64,000 nucleotides of DNA, from the NCBI GenBank assembly GCA_051294375.1, contig CM119263.1, forward strand, positions 7,612,635 through 7,676,634, in the 5' to 3' direction. Origin of the DNA: Paraspadella gotoi. Lineage: Eukaryota > Animalia > Chaetognatha. Positions 49,425 to 63,455 of the stretch are shown piece after piece. Position numbers and translations under genes: made by a program. Position 1 is the stretch's first letter; every line of letters begins with the position of its first letter. The notes beneath the pieces are model-generated. The model was not told where the DNA came from, ran no database searches, and was given only the letters and a program-made list of their open reading frames with translations.

Positions 49425-51623
49425 CTCATGTGCTCTTCTCCTCATTACCCCCTCGAGTTGTCTTATTTCAACCGTTGATTATATCGCCATTTCGCACTCA
49501 GAAAAAAAACGAACAGGTCGCCGACATAAAAAATACGTGTTTTTCCGGTGACTCGAACAAAAAGGTTTGCTTTTCAAAAGTGGAGCGACCTGTCTGAGCT
49601 GGGATGTCACGAGAGACGATTGAGACACAGTTGATGTAACGACGTTTGACGAACGAACGTACAACAGTTCGAAATTCGTCGGTAAGTAAGATTATAACAA
49701 AAATGTCGTTGAGTCGTACAAGGGAGTGGGGTGGGAGAAGTGACGGTGGGGGATGGGAGGAGGAGCGCCGGGCAGGGGGGAGGGGGGGAGGCGGGGGGAG
49801 AGGCGCGGCTGTGCTTTTCAACTCTGTGGTGTCGAAGGGAGGAGAGAGAAAGATATATATATATATCGGGGTGGGAGCGCCTGGGCGAGCTTGTTCCTAG
49901 CGTCGAGTTTATAATGGTTGACACAAAGAACTAAGAAAAATAAAATAAATTTTTGAAAAACCAAAATGGTGAAAAATGAAATTATGAAATTGTGAATAGT
50001 TTTGATTGCCTCAGTCTCCATCTTGATTTTAAAATGGCGACAAAAAAAGGATTCAAAAAATTGATTATTACAGTTTTAAAATGGTAAGAAGAGAGTAAAA
50101 GCATTTTGATTTATTTATAAACAAGTACAATAAAACAAAATATTGGGTTAAAAATATAAATGGTCCTCTAAAACCATTTGAAGTTGGAGCCAACTGCCGG
50201 ACAGTAATGGCTCGATTGATGCTGTTTAGATCAGGGATATCAATTCTTTGGAGAGAAAATACTAGCAACAAATGTCCATTGAGCCCACTGCAGCCTGCCA
50301 AAGAGCCCTCTTCTCACCCTTGTGGCTAGTCATCCATTTGTTCTGTTTGCACAACAGGGAAGGGTGGAACGGACATCCTCTTGCCTCTATCTAAAGGTTT
50401 GTGATGAGAGCGACGCCTCCGTTCGTGGAGGACGAACTGTATAGTTGGCTGACAAAGTTGAGGTTGACCTTCGATGTTTGCTTCACCCTTAACTCTGTCT
50501 AATTTCTTCTTAACGCTAACCCGCCGTCCACTCTCCATTCGTCAGTTCTTAGTTGGAAACGCGTTTATCTCCTCTCATTCTCCCTTCTCTCTCCTCTATC
50601 GTGTTTTTTCTCATCAAATTGTTTGGTAAAAATATAATTTTAGTTGGGCTGAGTGAAGGGACGCTCGAGCAACCATCAGATGCCATGAGAAGCATGTGGT
50701 GTTGTGAAAGTGACAAAAAATATGTGTGTTGGCTAAACCATATTATATTTTGTTTTCCTTAAAATATTCAAACTAGCAGTTGAGAGAGGCGAAAGCCCAG
50801 AAAATACATCATTATGATTTGTTTGAGAAATTTCACTATATTTTATTACAAATGTTATTATTGAGATTGTATTTTTAATGATACAGTTCCCTTACCAAAC
50901 AATATCTAGCAAAATATTCTATCTGTGTATTCGTTAATACATGCTATCTCACGATCCCTAAATATCCTGTTTGTTTACCTCAAATACAATTTTTTTTTGC
51001 CCCGAGAGCTCCACTCTAATAAAGACAGTATGGTTCCTAGCCCGGTGGTCGCCTAGCAAAGTTCAAGAGGGACGGGGCCGCTTAACGCCCGCTGTAACAT
51101 GTGTTTAACAGCCTGTCCAAAAGCTCAAAGGGACTGCTTACATTGAACGCTTCTACTTTCACGCCCTGTCAAAATTAACAACTTATCAATAATTACTGTC
51201 TCTTTCAAAACAGCTTCATCAGTGTGTCATTAAAACATTAATTCCCAATTATTTTTTAAATTATTACTTAACAAAATATTTTATTTATTATTATTACCAT
51301 TAGTGGATTTTTGTTTCCACACTATTAATATTTATTATTCTTATTATTTTCAAATTATTTCTAATTTATTTTTAATGAACAAAGAAAAAACTAATTTTTA
51401 AAAAAATCAATTGAATTGGGCAATTTTTTCCCCATCAGATGCCCTTTTTGCTGGCGGCGTCCCTGTAAGAAGAGAACAAACAATAATAATAATAATTAAC
51501 AATAATTTTGTTCAGATTATCAGAATAATATAAATATAATGAAGCTAATTTTTGTTGCAATTTAAAAATGTATAATTCGCATAATTTGGAATACAATGAA
51601 AACACTTAATAGGCTGAAACCTT

Positions 51624-51660
51624 ACTTCCGGTTATAGAGCCCACGCCCCATCCATAAAAA
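51624..51660 (+). promoter_or_regulatory. Compact promoter-like motif set (ETS, KLF/Sp box, TATA-like)
   Basis: ACTTCCGG 51624-51631, CCACGCCCC 51641-51649 and CATAAAAA 51653-51660 within 37 bp in otherwise very AT-rich DNA. Confidence 0.25.
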
Positions 51661-51984
51661 GATTTTTTTAAATTTAAATAACAAAAATAGGAGAAGAAAA
51701 TAATGGTGTTTTTAAATGATTATTGTTAGAAAAATCTTAGGGTTGATAAGCATATTAACATCTTTGTTTGAAATTATTATCATTTTGTGGCTATATTTTT
51801 TTGTTCATCAGTAACTTATTCACTTGACGCTCATATTGGGTCTTATTAGCAAAAACATTTTTTGGTCAAACAGGCTTTCTCAAAAAATGATTTAAGTTTA
51901 AGAAATAAATGGAAACCAGAACCGAGTGAGAACTTAGTATGAAGGTTATTTGAGGACTGGGGAAATCGTTATTCGCTTGCAGAG

Positions 51985-54963
51985 GCGGGGTGATAAGTTC
52001 ATGGCGTTAGTTATTTCTTTCTCGGTAGGGTGGTCTTTCTGAGGCCGGCTGAAGAGACGGACATTGCGCAACATAACTGGAATAAATGATACTATATATA
52101 CTGGCCGAGCGACGATTATAGCTGATTATCGGTTATTATTAGTTTTACTAGATAACTCGCTATAGTAACGGGAACGATTCTCCTATCTCCCCTGAACCCT
52201 TCGGTTGTTTTCTCTCCGTCGTATGAATCGAGGCTTACCAATAATTTTTCAGTCTAAAGTCAATTTGTGTGAAGAACACACGGTACTTTTTAAGTAACAT
52301 CATGATAATTTTTTGTACGCCTGCCCGATTACATATTATTGCTATCTCATTACTCGAATTATTATTTTAAAAGAAGCCTTTAACTGAGACAGAAATTTTG
52401 GCCCGGTCTTTCCGTTGTCGTCGGCACCATTACGCATCATTCCCCCATAACCTGAGATCAAAATGAAAAAAAATTTTCTGAAAAAGTCCCATTTTCCAAT
52501 TTTGAACTGCCGACTACGGAAAATTGCAAACCCGGAATTTCATTTCCTCCTTTCGCTTCCCTCTAAAAAATCTCGGAGAAATTCCATTTCAGTAAAACTT
52601 TGGTTTTTTCTTCTTTGAATTTTTTTTTTTTTCAAAAGTTGAAAGAAAAAAAAATTTTCCTAAAGAAATCGCGCCGCTTGAGCGACGTGCTCCCGTGGTG
52701 GCGTCGCTCGTCGTCGTTCGTCGTCCGGCAATCGTCCGTCGGATCAGTCGTCGTCTCGTCGTCGGGGTCCTTTGAAAAAACTTTCAAACTTTTTAACATT
52801 TTGAAATTCTAAACCCCATCGTCGTCGTCCTCATTTTCGTAATCGTCGTCCGCTCGTTTCCGGTTTGCTCCTCCTTCCTCATTCCTTCCAGATTCCATTT
52901 CTGCTGTCGAATCTTTCGCGAATTTTCTTGCCGCTTTTCTCTGGATTAGACTCACTATTGTAAATTTCCCTTTCGATTTAATTGAAAAAAAAATCAAATT
53001 TGATTAGTCAGTTTTGATTTGCTTTCTTAATATCATGTCAAAAACGTGTCCAGTTTTTCTGTTAGACCTTCGTGTGTTTTTCGACGCGAGTTTCCACTAT
53101 AAGGACGAGTGAACATTGCAATCGGTGTCTGCGTCCCTGTCTTCATAGCGGAACGGAGTCCATTATCTTCTGCAAAATCGTTTCTGCTTTCTCTTCTCTC
53201 TCCTTTAGTCATTGAATCGATCTTGACTTTCTCTGCATTGAAAAGCACTTTAAAAATAATGTGGCCATAATGTTTTTCCTGATTTTTTTTTAACATATAA
53301 TTTACACTCGCCGAAATAAAACGTGATTTAATTATTCAATGTAGACTGTATTGCTCTATTTGCTCTTATCGAACTTTTAAAGGTTCGAAATTCAACATAA
53401 AAGAAATATGTTTTAGAAATTATTCGCAGTTGGGCTCAGTAGGTATTGGGGTAAAGCCAAAAGAGCTTTACGGCTGTCTACACTCCACTGGTCTATATGA
53501 AATGCAGTGACAATCGCTTCACCTGCTTCCATGAAATATTCTCAGTGATAAACTCCACTGACAAACTCCACTTTTTTCTCTGTCCTCAGTGATAAACCAA
53601 CAAACAAACCTCACCATCGCGAAACAAAAGCTCGGGAAAGTCAAGTACTGCGCGTCTGAAGTTCCTCCCTCAGGGCAAAATTCGCTGGTCCACGTGACGC
53701 GAAGAAAAAAAGTTATCCCGGCGCGGAATATTACTACGTTCTTTTCGCGTTATTTACTACGAGCAGTAAAGTACTAGTTCTCCTCAGTTCTCATTCATTC
53801 ATTTTACTCAGTCTCTCTTCCTCCATTCTATCAGCAATTCTTCACATTGTATAATTTACATCTAATAATTAAGGTAGTGGTCCTTTAATACAATTGAACA
53901 TTCTTTTAACATACAACTTCATTGATAGGGAAGTCGGCGCTCTGGTTGTGAATTTCAGCAAGACTGTGAGAGGTCTTGATTGAAAGCTAGCAGGGTCCCT
54001 GCTCTGTTATTATCTTGTAAGACGCGATGGAGGCCTTAATACTCAAGTACCCGCAAAAATGGAGCAAGATAGCCTGTTTATTAAATAAATAAATAATATA
54101 AATTTTTTAATATATCATATACTCAGCATTTCTTGTAATTTTTGTATTTTAAAAGCATAGCGAGTGACAACTTTTTTCGTGTTTCGTGGTGAAATTCATT
54201 GTCTTGGTCGTTTCGTCGTCGTCGTCGTTCGTTCGTCATCGTAATATAGCGATGGTTCGAAGGAGTCCAGACCCTTGGCGAGGCTGCCTCAGATTTTCGC
54301 GGAGAATTGAACGAAGAAATCTCCTTTGAAAAAGGTGCAAACCTTCGACGGCATTCATCTGTCCTCTGACTTTCCTTTTACTTCTTCAATTGGATCGCCA
54401 CCATCCCTCTGCCTTTTGCTGTTTTAATATCTTTTCTCTCTGATTTACTTTTACACAACTACCTTTCAACTTCTCTTTCTTTTACTCGAGCTCGCCTCTC
54501 ACTTTCCACCTATCTTTACCTCTTCTTCTCTTTTTTTCTCTTTTGTCTTTTCTCGGGCTCTCTTTTCTTTTCTCGCCTTCTCTTTCTTCGCCTCAGTCAT
54601 GACCCATCTTCACCTCGAAATTTATTTCACTCAACGAAACGATTTTCATATTTTGTTCTCATTTTTACCCTCATGACTATCGTGTTCTTTTTAATCTTGT
54701 ATTTTACATGGCCTATAAGTATTTTATATTAATTTTTTTTCGGTTTCTTAAAATCTTAGTAAAAACATTACTATGAATTTAGCCGTCCTTGGAAAGTAAG
54801 AGATGATGACTCGTTAAAATTTGATTAATTTGCTCCAGCAGAAAAACAATACTGCCGAGTGAAATTATTTTTTTTGGAAATTCATTTAAAAACTGAATTG
54901 AACATTCGATTTTCTTCGATTCCGTAAATTTCGCCCTGATCTCTCTTCTCCTCTCTCTCTCTC

Positions 54964-55009
<46 letters not shown>

Positions 55010-55536
55010 GCTCTCTCTCTCTCTCTTCTCTCTCCATGAATCATCATCCGATTTTGTTCGAGAAAGGCGAAAGAAAAATGGGCGAAGCGAAAAAGATTCA
55101 ACCTCCATAGATTTAAATTAGATACGGTGCTGTGGTGCGCGGCGTCCGAATACGGTGCTGTGGTGCCGGTTGTCCGAAGAGGTTTGATGCGGAATCACGG
55201 GTTTGGAAAACGAAGATCGAGAGATGCATCGCCTCGATTCTTTTTTGGAGAGAAAAAGAGAAATGAAATCGAGTTTTGACCTAATTAAGATCTATTTTTT
55301 CGTGGGGGGGTGGGTGAGGGGAGGCAAATTATAATTTTGACAAAACTCTAACGGTGGGAGGGGCATACGAATAACATAATAAATATAAAAATAATATCAT
55401 GACAAAGAATTACTGGTCATTAGAATTCTGTATTTGTAAGAAAAAAAAAATTCATTTGGGTAGAAGAAAAATTCGAGAAATAATTTCGGTGGAAGTGCTC
55501 CGTCGTGATAGCCATGTCAAGAAAAGAAAGCGAATG

Positions 55537-55608
<72 letters not shown>

Positions 55609-58380
55609 CCGAATACGGCTCGTGGAAATCGCGTCTCTAATTTCCACTAATGAGCGAGAATCCTTTATTTCAAAATCGGTCCTGACTCATTAGCAGGGGT
55701 CATCCCATCTATGGGCCGAGAATTCCTGGCGTTGGAATGGGCGCGTCTGTCTCTGTCTCTGTCTCTGTCTCTGTCTCTGTCTCTGTCTCTCCCGATTTAA
55801 TACTTCGAAAACAGCGGAAACCGAATTGAGGGTCCGATCACGAGGGAGCGATCGAGGTCGGGGTTTCGCAGCCACGCCTCCTCTTTTGTAACCGCATTCC
55901 CGAATGTGAAATAAAGTCCATAGAATTCCGTTGGACAAATCAAGCATGGTCGATTAATTTTGATGATTTGTAAAAAGATTACAAATCTTTTTCTTGAAAT
56001 AAAATTGAAAAAAAATGTAAGTTTTTGATTAAATTTTAAAAAGAATTTGTTATTATATTTTAATAATGATGATTAACACTTCAATAACTAATAATTCATT
56101 AATAAATCATCGATTTAGCCTCAAAACTCAATATTTGTTTTTTCATTTTGAAAAAAAAATGAAATAAAATTCATTCATGCGTTGAATCCGGAAACCGGCG
56201 TTTCAGCGCTGCAACTCATATCAAAAGCACAAAAGAAAATTCGAGTACAATTTGTATTCGAATCGACGACATTGTCCATCAATTGTAGCTTCCAATTTTT
56301 GTCATTTTCGGAATTCATTTCAACCTTAAATAACGCCTGAAATGATATTTCAACTCGTGAGAACAATTGATAAATGAATCGCCTGAACGACGCTAATTGT
56401 TTTTTTTAGTTCGAGCGAAGGATTTTTTTTTTTTTTTTTTCAAGTCATTAATCAGCAGCGTGAGTCACCGCTAAATAGGGCCTTCGCGGTGGCGAGGTTT
56501 GTTTTCCCGACTTCACGCAAATATTTTGATCCTTGTTGCCCTTCAGCGCTGCGTGACTGGACGTCCAGGTGGACTCAAAGGGCTTATTAACTGACTCGTG
56601 GCTCCTCAAGTTCAACATTGCTTTAACAACGATGACTGCAGCCTTCAGGAGCCGGCCTCGGCGCGCAAAAAGATGGGTATGGCGTTGAATGGTTTGACAG
56701 GCAATTTCTATCGCCTAAATTTGACTTTTGAACGCCTGACGCTTGAGGAGGCGGCTAGGGGGGGGGGGCGCTGTGGTTCTAATATTCACGGCACAGGTTG
56801 TCGCCCCTTCGGTGAGGTGCTTGCTTTGGGCATCGCCTCGTATTCATGCAAGTGGTGCCGTTTTATGATCCATTTCAAATTGCAGCGCAGCTCAGGAAAT
56901 TCTGGCCAATAAATTGGGCATTAGTGAGCAAAAGACGTAAATGCGAAGAGAAGAAGAAAAAAAAATTGCTTTTTTTTGCCCCACAACCCTTTTTCTCGCC
57001 TCCGCAGCGCTGGCAGCATGGTACGGGGTGGCGGACAGAAGAAAAGAGAGAGAGAGAGGGAGGGAGAGAGAGAGAGAGAGTTCGTGGAATTTTTCCAAAC
57101 GTCCTCGTCGTTAACGTGACTCCTCGGGTGATGATGTGTCGTTATGCTAAAAATAGTAGCAGTATCGACACTGCTGAAAAAACTTGTAATCCAGCGCTGT
57201 CTCGCTTCCATCTCTCTCTTCTCTCTCTCGCTCATCCATCTGGCGCAGTACTTATATCCATCCATGCTCTCGAAAAATTTGAGTTTGTCTGCCCTGCTGG
57301 AAACTACCTTATGGACGCGAGAAGGCCATAAAAGCCAGCGATTGACTTTTGGATGTCAACCAACCAGAGTGGAAAGAAAGACAGACCGGCTTCAATTCTC
57401 CGAGCATAGTCTTCAGACGGATGACGCTGCATTACGTCGACCCACAGCGCGAAGACGCTTGAGAACTTTATGGTCATCATTGTCCTTTGATAGCGGCACG
57501 TGTCATAGGTGCGAATATGCTTGGTCGCATTACGCCGCCGGCCTAAACACGGAAAGCGTTGGAATTCTTTAATTTTTTTATTTTCTACACCACACCAGAA
57601 AAAAAGAAAATATTTGACAAGCAGCACCTCGCAGGGTTCCCGCCCATTTTTTTTATGTGTGCCCTGTTTGGCGCATTGGTGTGTGTGTGCCTGCAGGCAA
57701 AGTGGGCCGTGGCGACCAAACGTGGTCATAAGGGTATCACACATGATAAAACGAAACAAAAAGGGCGGACAAATTCGCGGCCCGTTCAACCGGGTCAGGC
57801 GTTGTATCCGCGCCGTTTGAGTGCTCAACTCATTTAAGAACAGATCTCCTTGAGGCATTACCGCGCCAAACCCTTAAAGCTACGCGCCGTCGGGCGTCGA
57901 GATGAGGTAGGGAGCGGGGGGGTTGTAGCATTGCGGCGAGCTGGGCGTTTGTTGCCTGGAGGCGCCGAGTGGTGCCGGTTGGGCCGTGAAGGCGCTACGA
58001 CGGCGATCACCACCCGCGTGGCAAAACCCATAATGTTAGAACTTGTGTGTGCTCTTCTGACCTTTGCGCGAGATGGAAGGAGTAAACAATCCCGATGCAA
58101 AAATAGCTTTTTTCTTTTTATATCTTTCGTTCCTTTTCTTTTCCTTCGATCTTACTTTTCCGATGTTTTTCTTTTTATATTCTTCTCTCTAATTTGCTTT
58201 CTCATTTTCCTTTCTATTTTTGACAAATCCTCTCTCTTCGCTTTTTTTTCTTCCTCTCGTCTTTCTGTCCGGCATAAAATTGTTAACTTTTTTATCTTTC
58301 AAGTTTTCTCGTCGGTCTTCTTTTTCCGCGACTGGCGCTCGAGTCCGCACCCACTCATCCTTCTCTCTTCTCTCTCTCTT

Positions 58381-58418
<38 letters not shown>

Positions 58419-58423
58419 AATCT

Positions 58424-58454
<31 letters not shown>

Positions 58455-60271
58455 ACCATTCGGCTGTCCATTCACCGTTAACCGGCTAGTTGAACAAATG
58501 ACGCGTTTGGTAAGACGATCGAAGAAGACGTATTGATTTCCGAGTCCGAGTAGAGAATCAACGGTGGACGACGATGACGACGACGAAGTACGCATGAGAC
58601 GACGATCACGACAGACGAAGGTGACGACAAGGATAGGAAATGCCGACAAGGAACAACAAACGCCACAGCCGACTCCGTTTTGCTGGTCATGGACCAAAAA
58701 AAAAAAAAACGGGAGGGTAGACATGACCGGGGAAAACGACACGTAGAAACACGAACGACGACGACGACGACAGTTGACAGACTCGCGTACGAGAATCGAG
58801 AATCGAGATTGAGACTTGTGGGAGTCGCGTCTGTGGCGCCTCGGTGGAGAGGGTGAGTGTAAAGGGGAGTAAGGTGGGGGTGGAATGGTGGATGGTGGGT
58901 GATGCGAAGTGCAGGATGTGGAGCTGGAAAGACGGAAACACTTAGCGGAGTTTTTCAAGGGAAGTGAGAAGAAAATATAAACTGGGATGATGGCAGGTGT
59001 CAGAAAGAGTGATGCTCTAAGAAGGAGAGGTATAAAACTTCTTGTCATTCGTCGTCATTGTCGTTCGTCTCATCATAATATCATCACTCATCATCATACT
59101 CACATCACGTTGTCCCTTCCTCAACATAGATTGCGGCGACGTGTGTGAAGTCGCGCGTCCAATTCCGCGACACTCTCTCTCCGCCGATCGATGACGTCCG
59201 AGAGACACGACAAACTGTCCGTTTTTTAGTCAGTTCATTTTTGCGCGATGTAGTCCGTTATAGTCCCGTTGTTCGCAAGAGAGGACCGAGATTTATATTT
59301 ATGACGTCGTTTGACGCGCGCGGGGGCATTTAGATAAATTGGGACAGGAAAGCAAATATTGTCACATCATGATATGTGTGTTCTCAAAAAATATTAATGA
59401 TCGACTAGATAGAATTTTAAAAATGAAGTGAATCTAATTATAAACTAATTCTCTATATAAGAAAAAAGTAGAATTCACCGTGAACAGAGTTCTTTTTTCT
59501 TACGAGACTCTCAAAAAGTTTCTATTCCTACTTCCAAGTTCGATTTCCCGACTTCCTTTCTATAGCTTCTTTACAATATATATATATCATACCATCGAAT
59601 TATCGTATATTGAAATTTATATATATATTTATATATATGAATATACAATCTATACATACATCTCCCACCTCTTATCTCACATCTCGCTCTCTGATCTCCC
59701 ATGTCCGGATTTCCCATATACGATCTTCCATCCCATATCCAATCTCCCATCCCCTCCATATTATCGTATATAAGACCACCGATCAGCGATAATCTCTTTC
59801 CTGCCTTGCGAAAAGAAAAAAAAAGGGGGAAAAAATTCCATTTTCCATTTTCCCGTCAGAATTCGGGACATACAATACGCATCGGGTAGTACTCGCCTCC
59901 CCCCCTGCGACCAACCCATAGTTCATCCCCCCCCACTTGCCCTTCACCACTCACCCTCCCCACCTGCCTATCCCACCCGTGACCTCCATCTCGAGGTTTT
60001 TACTCTGATTCAGAAAGCGACTCGTCTTGCCAAAATTCTTCTTTAATTTTTTCTTCCGTGCTTTTTTTTTTTTTTTTTTGCTTTCTTTTCCTGATCTCTT
60101 CGCTTGCTCTTTGCAATCCTTCCCCTTTTACCTTCCAACATCATTTCTTCTCCTTATTTCTTCTGACCGCATGCTTTCTGCTCTTCCACTATCTTCTGTA
60201 CATCGTTGACTAACTCTCTTCGCCCTTTGCTCCTTTTTTCTTTTAAAGCATTTGTCTTTATTGCCATTTTT
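51985..60271 (+). repeat. ~8 kb triplicated block, copy 3 (indel-rich)
   Basis: Starts at the equivalent of about 30580 through a garbled junction, matches copy 2 to its end, then continues into unique sequence. Confidence 0.95.
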
Positions 60272-61404
60272 TTATTTTTTAATTTCACAGCTTTCCCTTC
60301 AAAGCACGCACCAGGTCATACATTGAACACTTTATCCCCCTCAAGACGCCCACCACTCTCAAACCACCCCGGGCGCGCCTCTTTCCCCGCCCCCCCACAC
60401 CCGACCGCCCCCAATCCTCCATTTTCGATTCCCGTTGTCGCACGTTTGATGTTTCCATTGTTTGTCAGTGCGCGACCGGCCGAGCGGCCCACTTCCCAGC
60501 GTCGCGGCCGCCGACTGCCCAACGCGCCCGACCGTCCGACTGCCCGTCTATCCGCCTGCCCGTCTATACGCCTGCCAGTCTGTCTGGCGTCCCATCCCTT
60601 CGCCGGAATTAAAAATTTTCATCGCCTGATTCTAGAACGAGATGGGTCGGTTGTTATTGGACTAGGTGTTCAGGTGTATAGCCTGATCGGATTAGTAAAA
60701 ATCATCTCAGTAAAAACGATTTGATCACTCCAAACCCTTCTTTCTTCCTCCCCTCCACTCCCCCCAAATTGTCCAAAAATCAAGGGGCTTCCGTTCCATT
60801 CGAAGACGTCAAGGTTTCAACCTTCGGCAGCCGCTGCCGCCTCCGCTGCCTCCTTCGCCGCTTCAGCCGCCGCCTCACACGTGGCGGCAGCCAATTGTTA
60901 TGCATTATTTCCGGCTCCGTTGGGGAGGAAATACTGGCAGCCGCCGGACCTTCGCGACGTCCACGTCGGCGGCGTCGGCGGCGTCGGCGGCGTTGGACGC
61001 GTCAAAAGGAAGCCACTGACGATGCCCGCTGCGGAATTGGCGTCGACGATGACGGAGACGTCCAAGTTGACGCTGCTGGGCCGGAATTTTCTCTTGCAGC
61101 CGAGTGATCGTTGTTGTTGTTGTCGGCGAAAATTAAGTTTAGGTCTGGAAAGTCTCTGGTTTGTTAATTTTTATGTAAAAAAAATCATCTAAAACTCTAG
61201 GGACAATAATAAAAAATTATCAGTTATAGGATACGTTTGTACAGTATTCATATCGCAGAATAAAAAAAAGCAATTTGAAGAAGATAATATGTAAAAATTG
61301 ACAAAAGGAAGTACCTAACTACGATATGGAGACTAATGTCGTCATCTGAAGTTGGCGTTCTCCACTTTTGTCAAATAACTTTAGTCCTCGGTGACGATTT
61401 TTCC

Positions 61405-61517
<113 letters not shown>

Positions 61518-61922
61518 TTCTACCCCTCTCTCGTCATTCTATTTCCATTTTCTTTTTGGTCACCGCGGGGCTGACCATTTTTCTTATTTTCCCTCCCATT
61601 CCGATGTTTTTTTTTTCCTTTCCGCATATATTTGTTTTCTAAGCAATTTTTCTGGGCAATTTTAGTTCTTGATCCTTTCTTTGTGCCCGTTGTTTATTTC
61701 TCGACGCCACCAAGTGTGAATGACAGAAACGATTCTCGAACAAAAAGGCAAATCATTTCTCGATTTGTGATCTCGACGACGGGAATTGGCGAGTGTTGGA
61801 ACGAGGGAAAAGAAAGAAATGGAACGAAGGAAAGAAAGGGGAAAAAGTATTGAAGTAAGAAAGAAGGAAAGAAGGAAAGAAGAAATAGGAAAGAAAGAAA
61901 GGATAAGGGAAAGAAGGAAAAA

Positions 61923-61959
<37 letters not shown>

Positions 61960-62301
61960 TGAATCATAAACGGAGATCAGCGTTTCAGTAAAGACACGGA
62001 AAAAATAGAAAGAGAAGAGAAAGAATGAAAGTTGCCGCGGAACTCGTACAAACGAATACGCGACTTTGTTAATTCAAACGTTGATATCAACAACGTGGAA
62101 GAAAGAGACGCCGAAGATAGTCTTTTTCTTTCTTTCTTTCTTTCTTTCTTTTTTTCTTGAAGCCGAAAATAGTATCGAAACACAAAGAGAAGGAAAAGAA
62201 AAAAAGAGAGAGAGAGAGAGAAAAAGACGCGACGCGCGCGGCCAAATTCGAATTGCGCCAACTGCAACGAGTCTCTCTCTCTCTCTCTCTCNNNNNNNNN
62301 N

Positions 62302-62336
<35 letters not shown>

Positions 62337-63375
62337 TACCAGCGCCAGAGAAAGAGAAAGAGAGAGAGCGAGGAGTATTAAAATGACCACAAAGTGACGT
62401 CATAAAAAACGGCAATGAAAACTCGCCCGCGGGGTCGAAGGTCACGGCGGGGACGTGATGAGCCAAGACGCTGACCGCGAAGAGACAACAATGCCTCATA
62501 AAAGAGAAGGCATAAGTTGATCGGAGCCAAAATTAAAAGAATCTGCTCCAACTGTATTCTTTTTTTGTTTTGTCTTTTTTGTTGTTGTTGTTGTGTACAA
62601 TTTCTGTTGTTGTTCTAATCTGATCTTTTGTTCTTCTTTTGTTCTTCTTACTGATCTCCCAACTTCTATCTTAGAGGTGTTAACGCGCGAATGTCTGATA
62701 CACTTAATAATTCTTTTTCTTCCCTAAAATGTGTACTAAATGTGTGATAGGCGAAAGGTTTTCAACTTACTCTTTAGCTTTTTTTATAGATAAAAGCAAA
62801 GTTTTTGAATGTGGTACAACGAATTTTATCGCATCAGCTTTTTTTATTTAAAAATCGATAGCTTTATCAGTAAATAAAGTTATGAATTAACTAGTATCTA
62901 TGATATGTAAGTATATTGTATAACACGATAAGATTGAATGTTCCTTTATCAGGATTATCGCTTTAAAAGATAAACGTCAAAAAAATCCGATAAAATTTTT
63001 TTCTCTTCAACAAATAAAATGGTTTTTTTTTATTGTTAAAAGGGGGATTTTTTTTTTTATTCATTTTTCGGGACGGTGTCTCCTTTCCTCAAATGTTCCA
63101 CCCTCTCTCTTCTCTCGCGCTGCTCTCTTTCCTTCTTTTATATTAAGTCTACTCAGTTCTTTGTGCTCCAACATCTATCCCCTCACTCTATCTTTTTATT
63201 CCCCATCGTCCACCCCCCACCGCTTTTGATGGCCCACACCCCAAAAAAAAAAAAAAAATCCCAAGCTGTTTTACAGAAATCACAAATATCCTTGGAATTC
63301 AATTTGTCCCGAAAACGCGCTAATTAAACATCAAAAATTTATAAATGGGGATGTGAAATCGTTCAAAATGTTTTT

Positions 63376-63455
63376 CGCCGCGCCGCTCCGACCGCCGCCG
63401 CTGCTCTCGCCGCCGCTCTCGCCGCCGCCGCCGCCGCTCTCGCCGCCGCCGCCTT
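63376..63455 (+). repeat. Interrupted (GCC)n repeat in a GC-rich island
   Basis: GCC runs separated by CTCTC, i.e. GCCGCCGCTCTC units. Confidence 0.85.

Noticed and set aside
49513-49593. 9-bp inverted repeat ACAGGTCGC / GCGACCTGT
   Set aside because: Expected many times by chance in 64 kb.
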